From a virus, in IMG/VR virus record IMGVR_UViG_3300021225_000468, positions 32,001-96,000 of that record: 64,000 bases of DNA, one strand, 5' to 3'. Below are positions 38,436 to 47,617 of this stretch, in pieces. The stretch's first letter is position 1, and the number at the start of each line of letters is the position of its first letter. Under the pieces are notes generated by a model, which saw only the letters and a program-made list of their open reading frames with translations, was not told the DNA's origin and searched no databases. Both the position numbers and the translations under genes were made by a program.

Positions 38436-39934
38436 TGAAAATAATTGACTTAGGTATTTGTATAGATAATATTGACCCAAAAGGTATCGGTAGAATCAGA
38501 TGTATTAGATATAATGATTATGTCGGTGAAAAGGAAAAGTCTATAAAATATACTTCTTGGAGTGATACTGACCCTTTTGTCGCAATACCTTTTTTACCAA
38601 ATAATATTAACATGATACCTGAAATAGGTCAGGCGGTTAAAATAATTAATTATAACACACAAAAGGAATCTGTAAACCAAGAATATATTTCTGGACCCTT
38701 TACGTCTATGTACGACTATAATAGTCAACAATTTTCTCTACAGATTGAAGACACGTCTTATGGTGTTGCAGTAAAAAATAGACCAAACATAAGAAATACA
38801 ACAGGTGAATATATTCGTCAAACACAAAATGTTTTTGCAAAAGAAACTGACTACGGAATATATGGTAAATACGGTTCTGATATTTTATTTACAGAAAATG
38901 GACTACAATTAAGAGGTGGTAAATTAAAAACAAAAGAAGCGGCGAATGCACAAGAAAGATTAAAAATGTTATCAGTACCGTTATATACTGATAACAAAAT
39001 ATCTAAATTGTCATTAAAAAAATTTCCTAAAAAGGGTTTAATAAAAAAGAAAGAAGAAATTAATCAATCAACAACAGATGCTGTTCTAAAAACAATTGTA
39101 GAATATGAAATAAACAGTTTATCAACCGATAACATCACAATAAGTTTTTTTATATATAATGTAATATCATCTTTAGGTAACACATACAAAACAAGTTTTT
39201 TTAATAGTAACGTTGCATTAGTTAATTCCGCATTAAAATTAATTAATGAAAATAATGACAATGTTTCACCGACATATACTGTAACAACCAATTCTCTAAA
39301 TTATGTTCCAATCATTGTAAGAGACACAATATATAACATTGGACAAAACGGATTATCTTATTTAAATGGTAATTATAGTACAGAAGATATTCATCCTTTT
39401 TATTTTAGACCATCTCAGAATTTTGTTTTTTTGAGTGGAACAGATACTCAAATCAGTAAGAAAAATGAAATATTAAATAAAGTTATAGTAAACAAAATTG
39501 GACCCAAACACGGGTTAATTTGGTCTAAATCAGAGTCTAAACAAAAAAGTACAGAAACAAAAAAAGTTGTAGAATATTTTGATGTTGATGAATTTTCAAA
39601 TGAACAAACATTTGCTTCTTTAACTTCAGACAAAATATATTTAATTTCTACCGACTCAAACGAATCTAATAAAAAAATTACGTTTGAAAATTTGAACAAA
39701 TATGAATTAACACAAGAAGACTACATTATTAATATTGACAAAAATACTTATTCTATGGTTCGAGGAGATAACTTGTTAATCTTTTTGAATAAATTAGTTG
39801 AGGTTTTATTAAAACATGAACACAATGTTGTTGGACCATATGTTAAGAATGGATTTGGTGCACATGATGATTTATTGGAATTATTAAAAAATTTAGAAAA
39901 TGACGTTTTAAATACTTCTATCAAAATTAATTGA
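38435..39934 (+). CDS. Baseplate central spike/hub (gp5/Vgr OB-fold-like)
   Basis: DNIDPKGIGRIRC, IPEIGQAVKI, C-terminal VRGD.L...HEH. Confidence 0.7.
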   Translation: MKIIDLGICIDNIDPKGIGRIRCIRYNDYVGEKEKSIKYTSWSDTDPFVAIPFLPNNINMIPEIGQAVKIINYNTQKESVNQEYISGPFTSMYDYNSQQFSLQIEDTSYGVAVKNRPNIRNTTGEYIRQTQNVFAKETDYGIYGKYGSDILFTENGLQLRGGKLKTKEAANAQERLKMLSVPLYTDNKISKLSLKKFPKKGLIKKKEEINQSTTDAVLKTIVEYEINSLSTDNITISFFIYNVISSLGNTYKTSFFNSNVALVNSALKLINENNDNVSPTYTVTTNSLNYVPIIVRDTIYNIGQNGLSYLNGNYSTEDIHPFYFRPSQNFVFLSGTDTQISKKNEILNKVIVNKIGPKHGLIWSKSESKQKSTETKKVVEYFDVDEFSNEQTFASLTSDKIYLISTDSNESNKKITFENLNKYELTQEDYIINIDKNTYSMVRGDNLLIFLNKLVEVLLKHEHNVVGPYVKNGFGAHDDLLELLKNLENDVLNTSIKIN

Positions 39935-39958
39935 TTTTGATATTTATTAAATAAAACC

Positions 39959-41332
39959 ATGTCATATTTTCGTTCTTACTTTGAAAAGAATAACACAATA
40001 ATCAAAGACTCCTTAGTAAACACATCAAAAAATCCTACAACTGAAATATTCTACGGTTTAGGTTTTTCTAAATTTATATTTAAAGTTGATTTTACTGATT
40101 TAAAATCTAAAGTAGACAATGATGAATTAATTGTCAACGAGAATACAAAACATTACCTGAAGTTAACTAACACAATATTTGGTAATGAAACTTTTTTGGG
40201 CGCTCGTAGAGGCACAGGTAGAGATAGAGCAACATCTTTCGATTTAATCTTATTTAAAATTTCAGAAGAATGGGATGAAGGTGTTGGTTTTGATTACGAA
40301 GCAACAGAATATGATTTAACTGAAGGTAATAAAACGTATGACGCTAGACCATCCAACTGGTATAATAGAACATCGATTAGTGGATGGACAGTACAGGGTA
40401 TATATAGTACATCTCCTGATATTATTCAAACCATACATTTTGATAACGGTGATGAAAATATTGATGTTGATATAACAAATTATGTTAATAGTATTATTGT
40501 AAGTGGGTCAACAAATTACGGATTAGGGTTGACTTTTGCTGTTCTTTATGAAGATATAAATTTGAATGTGGAACAGTCTGTTGCATTTTTCACAAAGTAC
40601 ACTCAAACATTTTTTGAACCTTTTGTTGAATCAGTATTTGATGATGTCATAAAAGACAATAGGTTAGATTTCACAGAAAAAATCACACAAAGATTATATC
40701 TGTATGTAACAGAAAATGGTAACTTTTTTAATTTAGATTCAAATCCAATAGTAACAATTAAGGACAGTACAAACACACCTATACCTACTTTATCAGGTTT
40801 GACAACAACACACATAAAAAAAGGTGTGTATGAAGTTGAATTTGGTTTAAGTGGTATCACATGTGATGGTAAAAAGTTCTTTTACGATGAATGGTCAGGT
40901 TTGTCAATAAATGGGATATCTATTTCGAATGTCACACAAAAATTTGTTCCTAAACCAATTACTTCTCGTTTTTCAATAGGTCAAAATATATCTGAAACAA
41001 AAAACTATAAGTTGCAATTTTATGGAATCAAACAAAACGATAAAATAATAAGAGGAGACATAAAAAAACTGACTGTTTATTTCAAATCAATAGATAACCC
41101 ACTAAATCAAGTTTTAGATGAGGTTTATTACCGTGTATTTATACCTGAAGGAAAATTAAATGTAATTATACATGATTGGACATTAATGGATAAAACAAAA
41201 GAAAATTTTGTTTATTTAGATACTTCATTTTATATCCCAAGAGAATATTTTATTGAAATAAAGGCAAAACATAATGGTGAGGAAATAAACTACCCTGATT
41301 ATATTAAATTCGAAATATTAAGTGAAAAATAA
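39959..41332 (+). CDS. Putative virion structural protein
   Basis: WDEGVG, SNW, DITNYVN, FFTKYTQTFFEP; SGxT motifs; late motif upstream. Confidence 0.6.
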   Translation: MSYFRSYFEKNNTIIKDSLVNTSKNPTTEIFYGLGFSKFIFKVDFTDLKSKVDNDELIVNENTKHYLKLTNTIFGNETFLGARRGTGRDRATSFDLILFKISEEWDEGVGFDYEATEYDLTEGNKTYDARPSNWYNRTSISGWTVQGIYSTSPDIIQTIHFDNGDENIDVDITNYVNSIIVSGSTNYGLGLTFAVLYEDINLNVEQSVAFFTKYTQTFFEPFVESVFDDVIKDNRLDFTEKITQRLYLYVTENGNFFNLDSNPIVTIKDSTNTPIPTLSGLTTTHIKKGVYEVEFGLSGITCDGKKFFYDEWSGLSINGISISNVTQKFVPKPITSRFSIGQNISETKNYKLQFYGIKQNDKIIRGDIKKLTVYFKSIDNPLNQVLDEVYYRVFIPEGKLNVIIHDWTLMDKTKENFVYLDTSFYIPREYFIEIKAKHNGEEINYPDYIKFEILSEK

Positions 41333-41344
41333 ATATTTATACAT

Positions 41345-41827
41345 ATGAACATAGAAAATTTAATTAGAAAAAAATTGAGAGAACTTCATGAAAGTCATGG
41401 AGGTGGTCACGAAAACTATATGTTTTTCGGTAATCTTCAACAAATGCATAGACAAGCAGAAATGTTGATGAATGAAGACCATGACAGAATCGATTCAATT
41501 TTAAAAGAACATGATTGGGCACAAGACCATATTGCTGAAGCAAAAAGTCTTTTAGACCAAGTTTTTGACTTTTTGATGAATGAGACAAAAAGAGAAGAAC
41601 CCAAAAATATGACAACAGGGTTCAAACCTGATATGGAATCATTCAATATGAACGAATCAGAACAGATTGATGAAGGTAAAAACAAACCAACAAATCCTAA
41701 ATTATGGGCACAATGTTTAGCATGGGCAAGAGCAAGATATAAAGTTTGTCCAAGTGCATATTGTAATGGTGCTGCTGCAAAAAGATATAAATCTAAAGGT
41801 GGAGGTTGGAGAAAAGCAAAAAAATAA
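41345..41827 (+). CDS. Modular late protein with basic C-terminal domain (DUF5872-like)
   Basis: TNPKLWAQ...PSAYCNG...YKSKGGGWRK; TATTTATA-N3-ATG. Confidence 0.6.
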   Translation: MNIENLIRKKLRELHESHGGGHENYMFFGNLQQMHRQAEMLMNEDHDRIDSILKEHDWAQDHIAEAKSLLDQVFDFLMNETKREEPKNMTTGFKPDMESFNMNESEQIDEGKNKPTNPKLWAQCLAWARARYKVCPSAYCNGAAAKRYKSKGGGWRKAKK

Positions 41828-41833
41828 AATATC

Positions 41834-42793
41834 ATGAAAATATTAATCAACGAAGAAGATTTAATATATGTTGAGGAAGCCATTATGAATGGTTATGTTC
41901 TTAAAGAAGACCTTAAAAGATGGTTCAAAGAGAAATGGGTTGATGTAAGCAGAAAAGTTGGTGGAAAACATCCTCCTTGTGGAAGAAAAGACGCAAGTGG
42001 TAAAGCATACCCCAAATGTAGACCATCAAAAAAGGTTTCCAAAGAAACACCAAAAACTGCAAGTTCCTATTCAAAAAAAGAAAAGAAATCAATGACTGCT
42101 CAGAAAAGAAGAGCAGAAAAAAAGGAACCCAAAGTAGGTACAGGGAATAAACCAACGATGACCAAATTTGATGAATCAAAATTAATTGACTTGGTTATTA
42201 CCGAAATTAATAATGTCAATGGTCCAAAGATAAAATTGAATGAATCCGTTGAAATATTGTCTGAGGGTATGATATATCATGTGAATAATGATAAACCGCT
42301 CACAGAGAACATTTACAGGGTTTATTCTGATAAATTCTATCAACTATTCAACGAAGCGAGACAGCTCCATAAACAGGCTGTAATTGAGTTATACGGGGAT
42401 GATTTGGAATTGATTAAAACCGACATAGGTAAAACAGGAATATACGAAGGAGAAGAAGTTTATTTAGACGTACCATTTGTTGAAGGAGAAGAAGAATATT
42501 TGGTAGAAGCAAAACATAGAGGTAGAAATGTCAAATTGAATAAACCATTTAGAACACCAGGTGGACCAAAGAAATTTGCTGTATATGTTAAATCACCTGG
42601 TGGCAACATAAAAAAAGTAACTTTTGGCGACCCAAATTTGAAAATTAGAAGTTCAAATAAAAAAGCAGCAAAATCTTTTAGAGCAAGACATAAATGTGCG
42701 CAGAAAAAAGATAGAACAACCGCAGGATATTGGAGTTGTAATATCTCAAGATATAGAAAAGCATTAGGTATAAAAAGTTCAAACCCTTGGTAA
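41834..42793 (+). CDS. Modular late protein with two basic domains (LKRWFKEKW and DUF6321-like)
   Basis: EDLKRWFKEKWVD..CGR..YPKCRP; KKVTFGDPN..KSFRARHKC..TAGYWSC. Confidence 0.6.
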   Translation: MKILINEEDLIYVEEAIMNGYVLKEDLKRWFKEKWVDVSRKVGGKHPPCGRKDASGKAYPKCRPSKKVSKETPKTASSYSKKEKKSMTAQKRRAEKKEPKVGTGNKPTMTKFDESKLIDLVITEINNVNGPKIKLNESVEILSEGMIYHVNNDKPLTENIYRVYSDKFYQLFNEARQLHKQAVIELYGDDLELIKTDIGKTGIYEGEEVYLDVPFVEGEEEYLVEAKHRGRNVKLNKPFRTPGGPKKFAVYVKSPGGNIKKVTFGDPNLKIRSSNKKAAKSFRARHKCAQKKDRTTAGYWSCNISRYRKALGIKSSNPW

Positions 42794-42794
42794 A

Positions 42795-43169
42795 ATGAAA
42801 AAAATAGTTATAACAGAATCTCAATTAAAAGCAATAACAAAATTATTGGTAACAGAACAGTCAGCAAATATCAACATCGAAGGTAGAAATGGTGAAATAT
42901 ATGATGATGGTACAATATCTTTAGCCAATAAATCAGGTGCAAAAATTAGGATAAGATTAAAAACATCAATTTTGGGTGACGTTAATATAGTTAAATTTCA
43001 AAAAAATGAAGATGGTGATTATCAAATCCTAACTAAGAAAGGATTAAATAAAGACTTTCCTTTAGATAAAGTTAAGATGTTAATTAATTTTATAGATTCC
43101 CCAAAAACTGTTTCTCCTGCTATTGACAGTTCATTTGCAACAGGAAAATTAACAGCACATAAAGTATAA
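42795..43169 (+). CDS. Hypothetical protein with KKIVITESQL N-terminus
   Basis: 124 aa. Confidence 0.6.
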   Translation: MKKIVITESQLKAITKLLVTEQSANINIEGRNGEIYDDGTISLANKSGAKIRIRLKTSILGDVNIVKFQKNEDGDYQILTKKGLNKDFPLDKVKMLINFIDSPKTVSPAIDSSFATGKLTAHKV

Positions 43170-43170
43170 T

Positions 43171-43437
43171 ATGAGTTTACCATTTAAAGAAAACATCATT
43201 GATGGATATCATGTAAGAACATTTTCATCATCATTAGATGAAAATGAACTTAAATGGCATTTTGATGAACAAGACAGGATTGTTGTTTGCGAACACCAAA
43301 CAGATTGGCAAATACAAATGGATAATGAATTGCCTCAAAAGATAGAAACCAATAAAAAATATTTTATACCTGAAGGTACATATCATAGAATAATAAAAGG
43401 CAATGGTGATATCACTTTTAAAGTGAAAAAGTTATGA
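43171..43437 (+). CDS. Cupin-fold small protein
   Basis: WHFDEQDR, FIPEGTYHRIIKG. Confidence 0.6.
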   Translation: MSLPFKENIIDGYHVRTFSSSLDENELKWHFDEQDRIVVCEHQTDWQIQMDNELPQKIETNKKYFIPEGTYHRIIKGNGDITFKVKKL

Positions 43438-43497
43438 AAATTTTAAACATACTTAACCAATTATAACTTTATTATAAAAATAATGTCAGAAAATAAA

Positions 43498-44199
43498 TTA
43501 AGGTCTCCTAAATGGTATACCTCTTAATGCTCTACCTATATCTACCCTACTCATTCCTAACCTAACCAACTCTGCATAATCTTGAGGTTCACGATACCCT
43601 CTTGTTCTAACCATATTAACATAATCAGATGCCGTTGTTGGAGGAGGAGGTGTTATATTAGTACTACCTGATGTAGAATTTTGTGAATTCGTAGTTGACC
43701 CTGTTGTACTTGAAGGTGTGTTTCTCGAACTTTTAATAGAACTTGGGTCAACATTTAATGTTTTACTTAATAATATTTCCATTTGGTCAATAGCATTTGC
43801 ATATGTTCTAAAAGAATCTTGAACTGTTTTAATACCATACAATAAATCATCTTTTAAATCATCCTTTAAATATACACCCTGAATTCTTGTTTCTAAATTT
43901 TTTAATTTTAACATTACCCTTTCGTTAGGTTCATCTATTCTTTTTAATTGACGTAAGATATTCCTAATCATTACAACAAACGGTAAGAATTTACTTCCTG
44001 TACCTGATTTTATTCCTTTGATACCATATTTCAATTTTTGAAAAGGTTCCTTCATTTTATCCCATATACCTCTTAAATCTTCATTAACTTCTTCATGAAT
44101 CTCTTTCTTCAAATCTTCACTTATCGGTCGTTTATTTTTTGCTAATTCTTTAACAATATTTTTTAATTGATTTTCATTAATCTTTATAATTTTAGACAT
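43498..44199 (-). CDS. Hypothetical late protein with KIIKINENQL N-terminus
   Basis: 233 aa; TATTTATA at 44214-44221. Confidence 0.6.
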   Translation of the reverse strand: MSKIIKINENQLKNIVKELAKNKRPISEDLKKEIHEEVNEDLRGIWDKMKEPFQKLKYGIKGIKSGTGSKFLPFVVMIRNILRQLKRIDEPNERVMLKLKNLETRIQGVYLKDDLKDDLLYGIKTVQDSFRTYANAIDQMEILLSKTLNVDPSSIKSSRNTPSSTTGSTTNSQNSTSGSTNITPPPPTTASDYVNMVRTRGYREPQDYAELVRLGMSRVDIGRALRGIPFRRP

Positions 44200-44221
44200 A
44201 CTATTTTTTAATATATAAATA

Positions 44222-44662
44222 TCAGTAAAATTCTATTTTTACACCACATTCTTCAAACATCACTTTAGTTCTAATAGATTCTTCATCCCATTTTTCTCTA
44301 TTAAAGGTGGTATCCTGTTTTTTACAATATACTTTTACAATCCCTGCATTAATAATTGCTCTTGCACAATTAGAACAAGGAATACCTGATGTTAAATAGA
44401 TTGTGGAATTTTTGAGTTTTGTTCCCACCCTTGCAGCATTTAGGATTGCGTTTAATTCCGCATGTACCATCCAAAAGTATTTTTCAGGTCTTTCCTGACG
44501 TTCTTTTATATTATCGTCTATTCCCCTTGGAAATGAATTATAACCCGTAGAAAGTACCTCGTTGTCGGTCCCAACGATTACTGCACCAATCTGTGTTGAT
44601 TGGTCTTTAGATTTCTGTTTTACAGTCTCCGCAATATTTAAAAAATATTCAATCCAATTCAT
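44222..44662 (-). CDS. dCMP deaminase
   Basis: SKD.STQIGAVIV, TGYN, HAELNAI, PCSNC. Confidence 0.93.
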   Translation of the reverse strand: MNWIEYFLNIAETVKQKSKDQSTQIGAVIVGTDNEVLSTGYNSFPRGIDDNIKERQERPEKYFWMVHAELNAILNAARVGTKLKNSTIYLTSGIPCSNCARAIINAGIVKVYCKKQDTTFNREKWDEESIRTKVMFEECGVKIEFY

Positions 44663-44714
44663 TTAACAATATTAAATATTTTTTTTTCAACTAAAAAATT
44701 AATATATTTTAATC

Positions 44715-45083
44715 ATGGAATTCAATAGTGATTTTCAATATGATTTAAGAATTGGACAAGAAGGGGAAAAACAAATTGCATTAATATTTGAAACCCCTGT
44801 CGAAAAAATTGAAGTAAAAAGAGACTTGAAAGCATTAAAGACAGGTAATTTATATTTCGAGTATGAAAGTAGAGGAAAAAAAAGCGGTATTGCAACCACA
44901 AATGCTGAGTATATTTTTATAATTGTTGAAGGTTCCTCTGGTGGATTATTTTTTGAAACTAAGAAATTAAGAAATGTTCTGAGACCCTTAATACCTACAC
45001 ACACAAAACTTGGTGGTGATAATAACACAAGTAAAGGTATTTTAATCAGTATATCTGAATTAATGAAACTATATACTATATAA
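44715..45083 (+). CDS. PD-(D/E)XK-like phage nuclease-fold protein
   Basis: DL.IG..GE, IEVKRD, TGNLYFEYESRGK.SGI. Confidence 0.55.
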   Translation: MEFNSDFQYDLRIGQEGEKQIALIFETPVEKIEVKRDLKALKTGNLYFEYESRGKKSGIATTNAEYIFIIVEGSSGGLFFETKKLRNVLRPLIPTHTKLGGDNNTSKGILISISELMKLYTI

Positions 45084-45764
45084 TCATAAAATTTTATTTG
45101 ATTTTGAAATATTTTCAGGTCCCCATAATGGTCTTAAATTTTCTAAAGACCAACATTTTTTAAATTCATTATCATCAACCGTTTCAAATTCAAAGGAAGT
45201 TATTGGTAATATATGGTCAACATGCCACTTGCCATAATTATCCCATGACATATTATCAATAAACTGTTTTTCTAAATGTTCAATTAATTGTTCAGGAGAA
45301 TATCCTAATGTATCAAAATAACTTGAATATTTCTTTAAATTATTTTCTTTAAGTACGGTATATATTGCAGTTCTAAAATTAGCTACTAATTTATATTTCG
45401 GGTCAGAATCTTTTCTTTTTTTCTCGTATATACGTTTAGTTTCTTTAATTCTCTCTTTATTGTTTTCTCTCCACTCTTTTATATATTGTTTTCTATATTC
45501 AATGTTTTTAATTCTCCATTTTCTATGTTTCTCACTTGTATGTTCTTTATTCGCATCTCTCCATTTTTTATCAGCGACTTTTCTTCCGCCATTAAACATT
45601 CTACCCGAATTTCTTAATTCAACATTGTTTTCTTTTAAAATTAATAATATTCTTTTTTTTGGTATTTTATATTTTTCATTTAAGGCATTAGTACTAAGTT
45701 TATTTTCTATGTAATCTTTGATAATTTGATTTATTTGGTCTACAGACACATCTATTTTTCTCAT
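45084..45764 (-). CDS. Free-standing HNH endonuclease
   Basis: WHVDHILP...NLRPLW..EN..K.N; likely start ATG 45764. Confidence 0.85.
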   Translation of the reverse strand: MRKIDVSVDQINQIIKDYIENKLSTNALNEKYKIPKKRILLILKENNVELRNSGRMFNGGRKVADKKWRDANKEHTSEKHRKWRIKNIEYRKQYIKEWRENNKERIKETKRIYEKKRKDSDPKYKLVANFRTAIYTVLKENNLKKYSSYFDTLGYSPEQLIEHLEKQFIDNMSWDNYGKWHVDHILPITSFEFETVDDNEFKKCWSLENLRPLWGPENISKSNKIL

Positions 45765-45818
45765 AGTTATAAATATACACATATTACACCAAAAAACAAA
45801 TTGTTCATCAATAAAAAT

Positions 45819-45847
45819 AAAAAACCCCCGAATTTTCGGGGGTTTTT
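45819..45847. terminator. Terminator after major capsid gene
   Basis: AAAAAACCCCCGAA-T-TTTCGGGGGTTTTT-type hairpin. Confidence 0.85.
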
Positions 45848-45869
45848 ATATTTAAGTAATCTTACGGGA

Positions 45870-47591
45870 TTATCTTAAAGTGTCGAGACTGAATGTTACA
45901 AGACCCTTCACATCAATAACGCCAAAGTAGCGATTATTTACCATTTTTTTCGCATATCTGGTCATGATACCTTTGATTGGTGTGAAATTGAATGGGTTGA
46001 ACATTGTTGGGGTTAATTGTAAGGGCACGTATGGTGCGTAAATGTAACCCGCGTCTAACAATGATTTACCTTTGTGACCAATGAGGATTTTACCTGCTGG
46101 GAAGTATGGGTCACGATATACTTGGTATCTACCTGCGAGAGTACCAATTTTTTCAATACCCATGTTGTATTGGTCTTGCTCAGGATGAGCGTTTGAAACG
46201 TGGAAATATTCCAAATCATCGAATACTGCAGATACTTCTGAAGAAACAACAATCCAGTTTGCTCCACCTCTCAAGGTTGTTTTATGGATTTGAGCGGAAA
46301 CTTGGTTGATTTTAGTAATCAATGTTTGGTTCCAATCTTTCTGAGTGTAACCAACATATGAGGAACCTTGATTACCATACTTCCATTCGTTGTAATCCCA
46401 CTTGGTTTTCCATGCTGCACCTTTTCTGAGGTCACGGAGAATTTCCCTATCTACTTCAGCAGCGATTTGCTCAGAAAGTAATGCGGTTAATTCAGCCTCA
46501 GCGTCGATGTTATGGAATGCACTAACGTCTTGTGCTAATTCAGGTGACCATGTTGCTCTGAGTTTTCTTTCAGTAACAGAAACTGTAACTGATTCGAGGT
46601 CGAAAGAAACTTCACCGATAGCATCTTCAAATTCGAGAGTGTCATACTGACGATATGTGATTACAAAGTCAGAACCTGCTAATGCAGTTGCACCACTCCA
46701 AGTTGAAAAACCTGCAGTTGGTGAGTATGTTTCTAAATCAATGTTAAGATACATTGTACCTTCTTCATCACAAATATCTTGGAAAAGGTTACCGTTAGTA
46801 CCTGCAGATTTTTGACCGTATTGAACGATACCTTTACCATATTTCTGTGTAACCACATTAAATGGTAATGATGCTCCTGATTGTACTTTTGATGTTGATA
46901 CCTGTAAAGATGCAAGGAATTCTTCAGTATCCATTTCGTTACCATCAGGACCTGCGATTTTACCTTGACCATTTTTAGAGAAACCTGAAACAGCCAAAAT
47001 CACTGATGAAGTACTTGTACCTGAAGCAACAGTAGTTGTTGATGCAACACCTGAAGCAAAAGTAACAAGAGTCCATCCTGTTAAAGATACTGTTTGATAA
47101 TCACCCTTAGAATAATCGAAGAGACCTGAAGATGCGTCATCACTTGTCTCATAGAAACGGTCATAAAGGTTAATACCTGTGTAACCTGTAGCAGGATTAG
47201 TACCACCAGCACCACCAGGAATTCCATAAGGAGAATAGTGTGAACCGTTGTTTCTGTCCTGAATTTTAGGTACAAAATAGAACAATTTACCAATTGGTAA
47301 GTTCATTGCTTGTACTGATACGATATCGTTTGCTAACAACTTAGAGAAAACTCTTCTGATGATTGGGAAAACAACAGTTTCGAATGAACCTGATGCATCT
47401 GCAACCGCAGCTTCGTTAATTAAGTATGAAGCTTGGTTTTCATACAATTGTGCAATGTTATCTTTTTGATGACCCTCTAAACCTTCGAGGAATCCGAGGT
47501 CATCCCACTTTCTGATGGTATCTTCTTTGATAACACGGAGGTGCTTGAGACCTATGTTACCAACCATACCTGAATCTAATAATGCTCCCAT
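45870..47591 (-). CDS. Major capsid protein (T4 gp23-like)
   Basis: SVQAMNLPIG, RKLRATWSPELAQD..AFH.IDAEAEL, YAPYVPL, GIMTRY. Confidence 0.97.
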   Translation of the reverse strand: MGALLDSGMVGNIGLKHLRVIKEDTIRKWDDLGFLEGLEGHQKDNIAQLYENQASYLINEAAVADASGSFETVVFPIIRRVFSKLLANDIVSVQAMNLPIGKLFYFVPKIQDRNNGSHYSPYGIPGGAGGTNPATGYTGINLYDRFYETSDDASSGLFDYSKGDYQTVSLTGWTLVTFASGVASTTTVASGTSTSSVILAVSGFSKNGQGKIAGPDGNEMDTEEFLASLQVSTSKVQSGASLPFNVVTQKYGKGIVQYGQKSAGTNGNLFQDICDEEGTMYLNIDLETYSPTAGFSTWSGATALAGSDFVITYRQYDTLEFEDAIGEVSFDLESVTVSVTERKLRATWSPELAQDVSAFHNIDAEAELTALLSEQIAAEVDREILRDLRKGAAWKTKWDYNEWKYGNQGSSYVGYTQKDWNQTLITKINQVSAQIHKTTLRGGANWIVVSSEVSAVFDDLEYFHVSNAHPEQDQYNMGIEKIGTLAGRYQVYRDPYFPAGKILIGHKGKSLLDAGYIYAPYVPLQLTPTMFNPFNFTPIKGIMTRYAKKMVNNRYFGVIDVKGLVTFSLDTLR

Positions 47592-47617
47592 TTTTGTTTT
47601 TATTTAATTTTTATTTT

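Noticed and set aside
43434-43466. Mini-ORF MKILNILNQL* overlapping the cupin stop
   Set aside because: Only 10 codons; may be a relic N-terminus but cannot be supported
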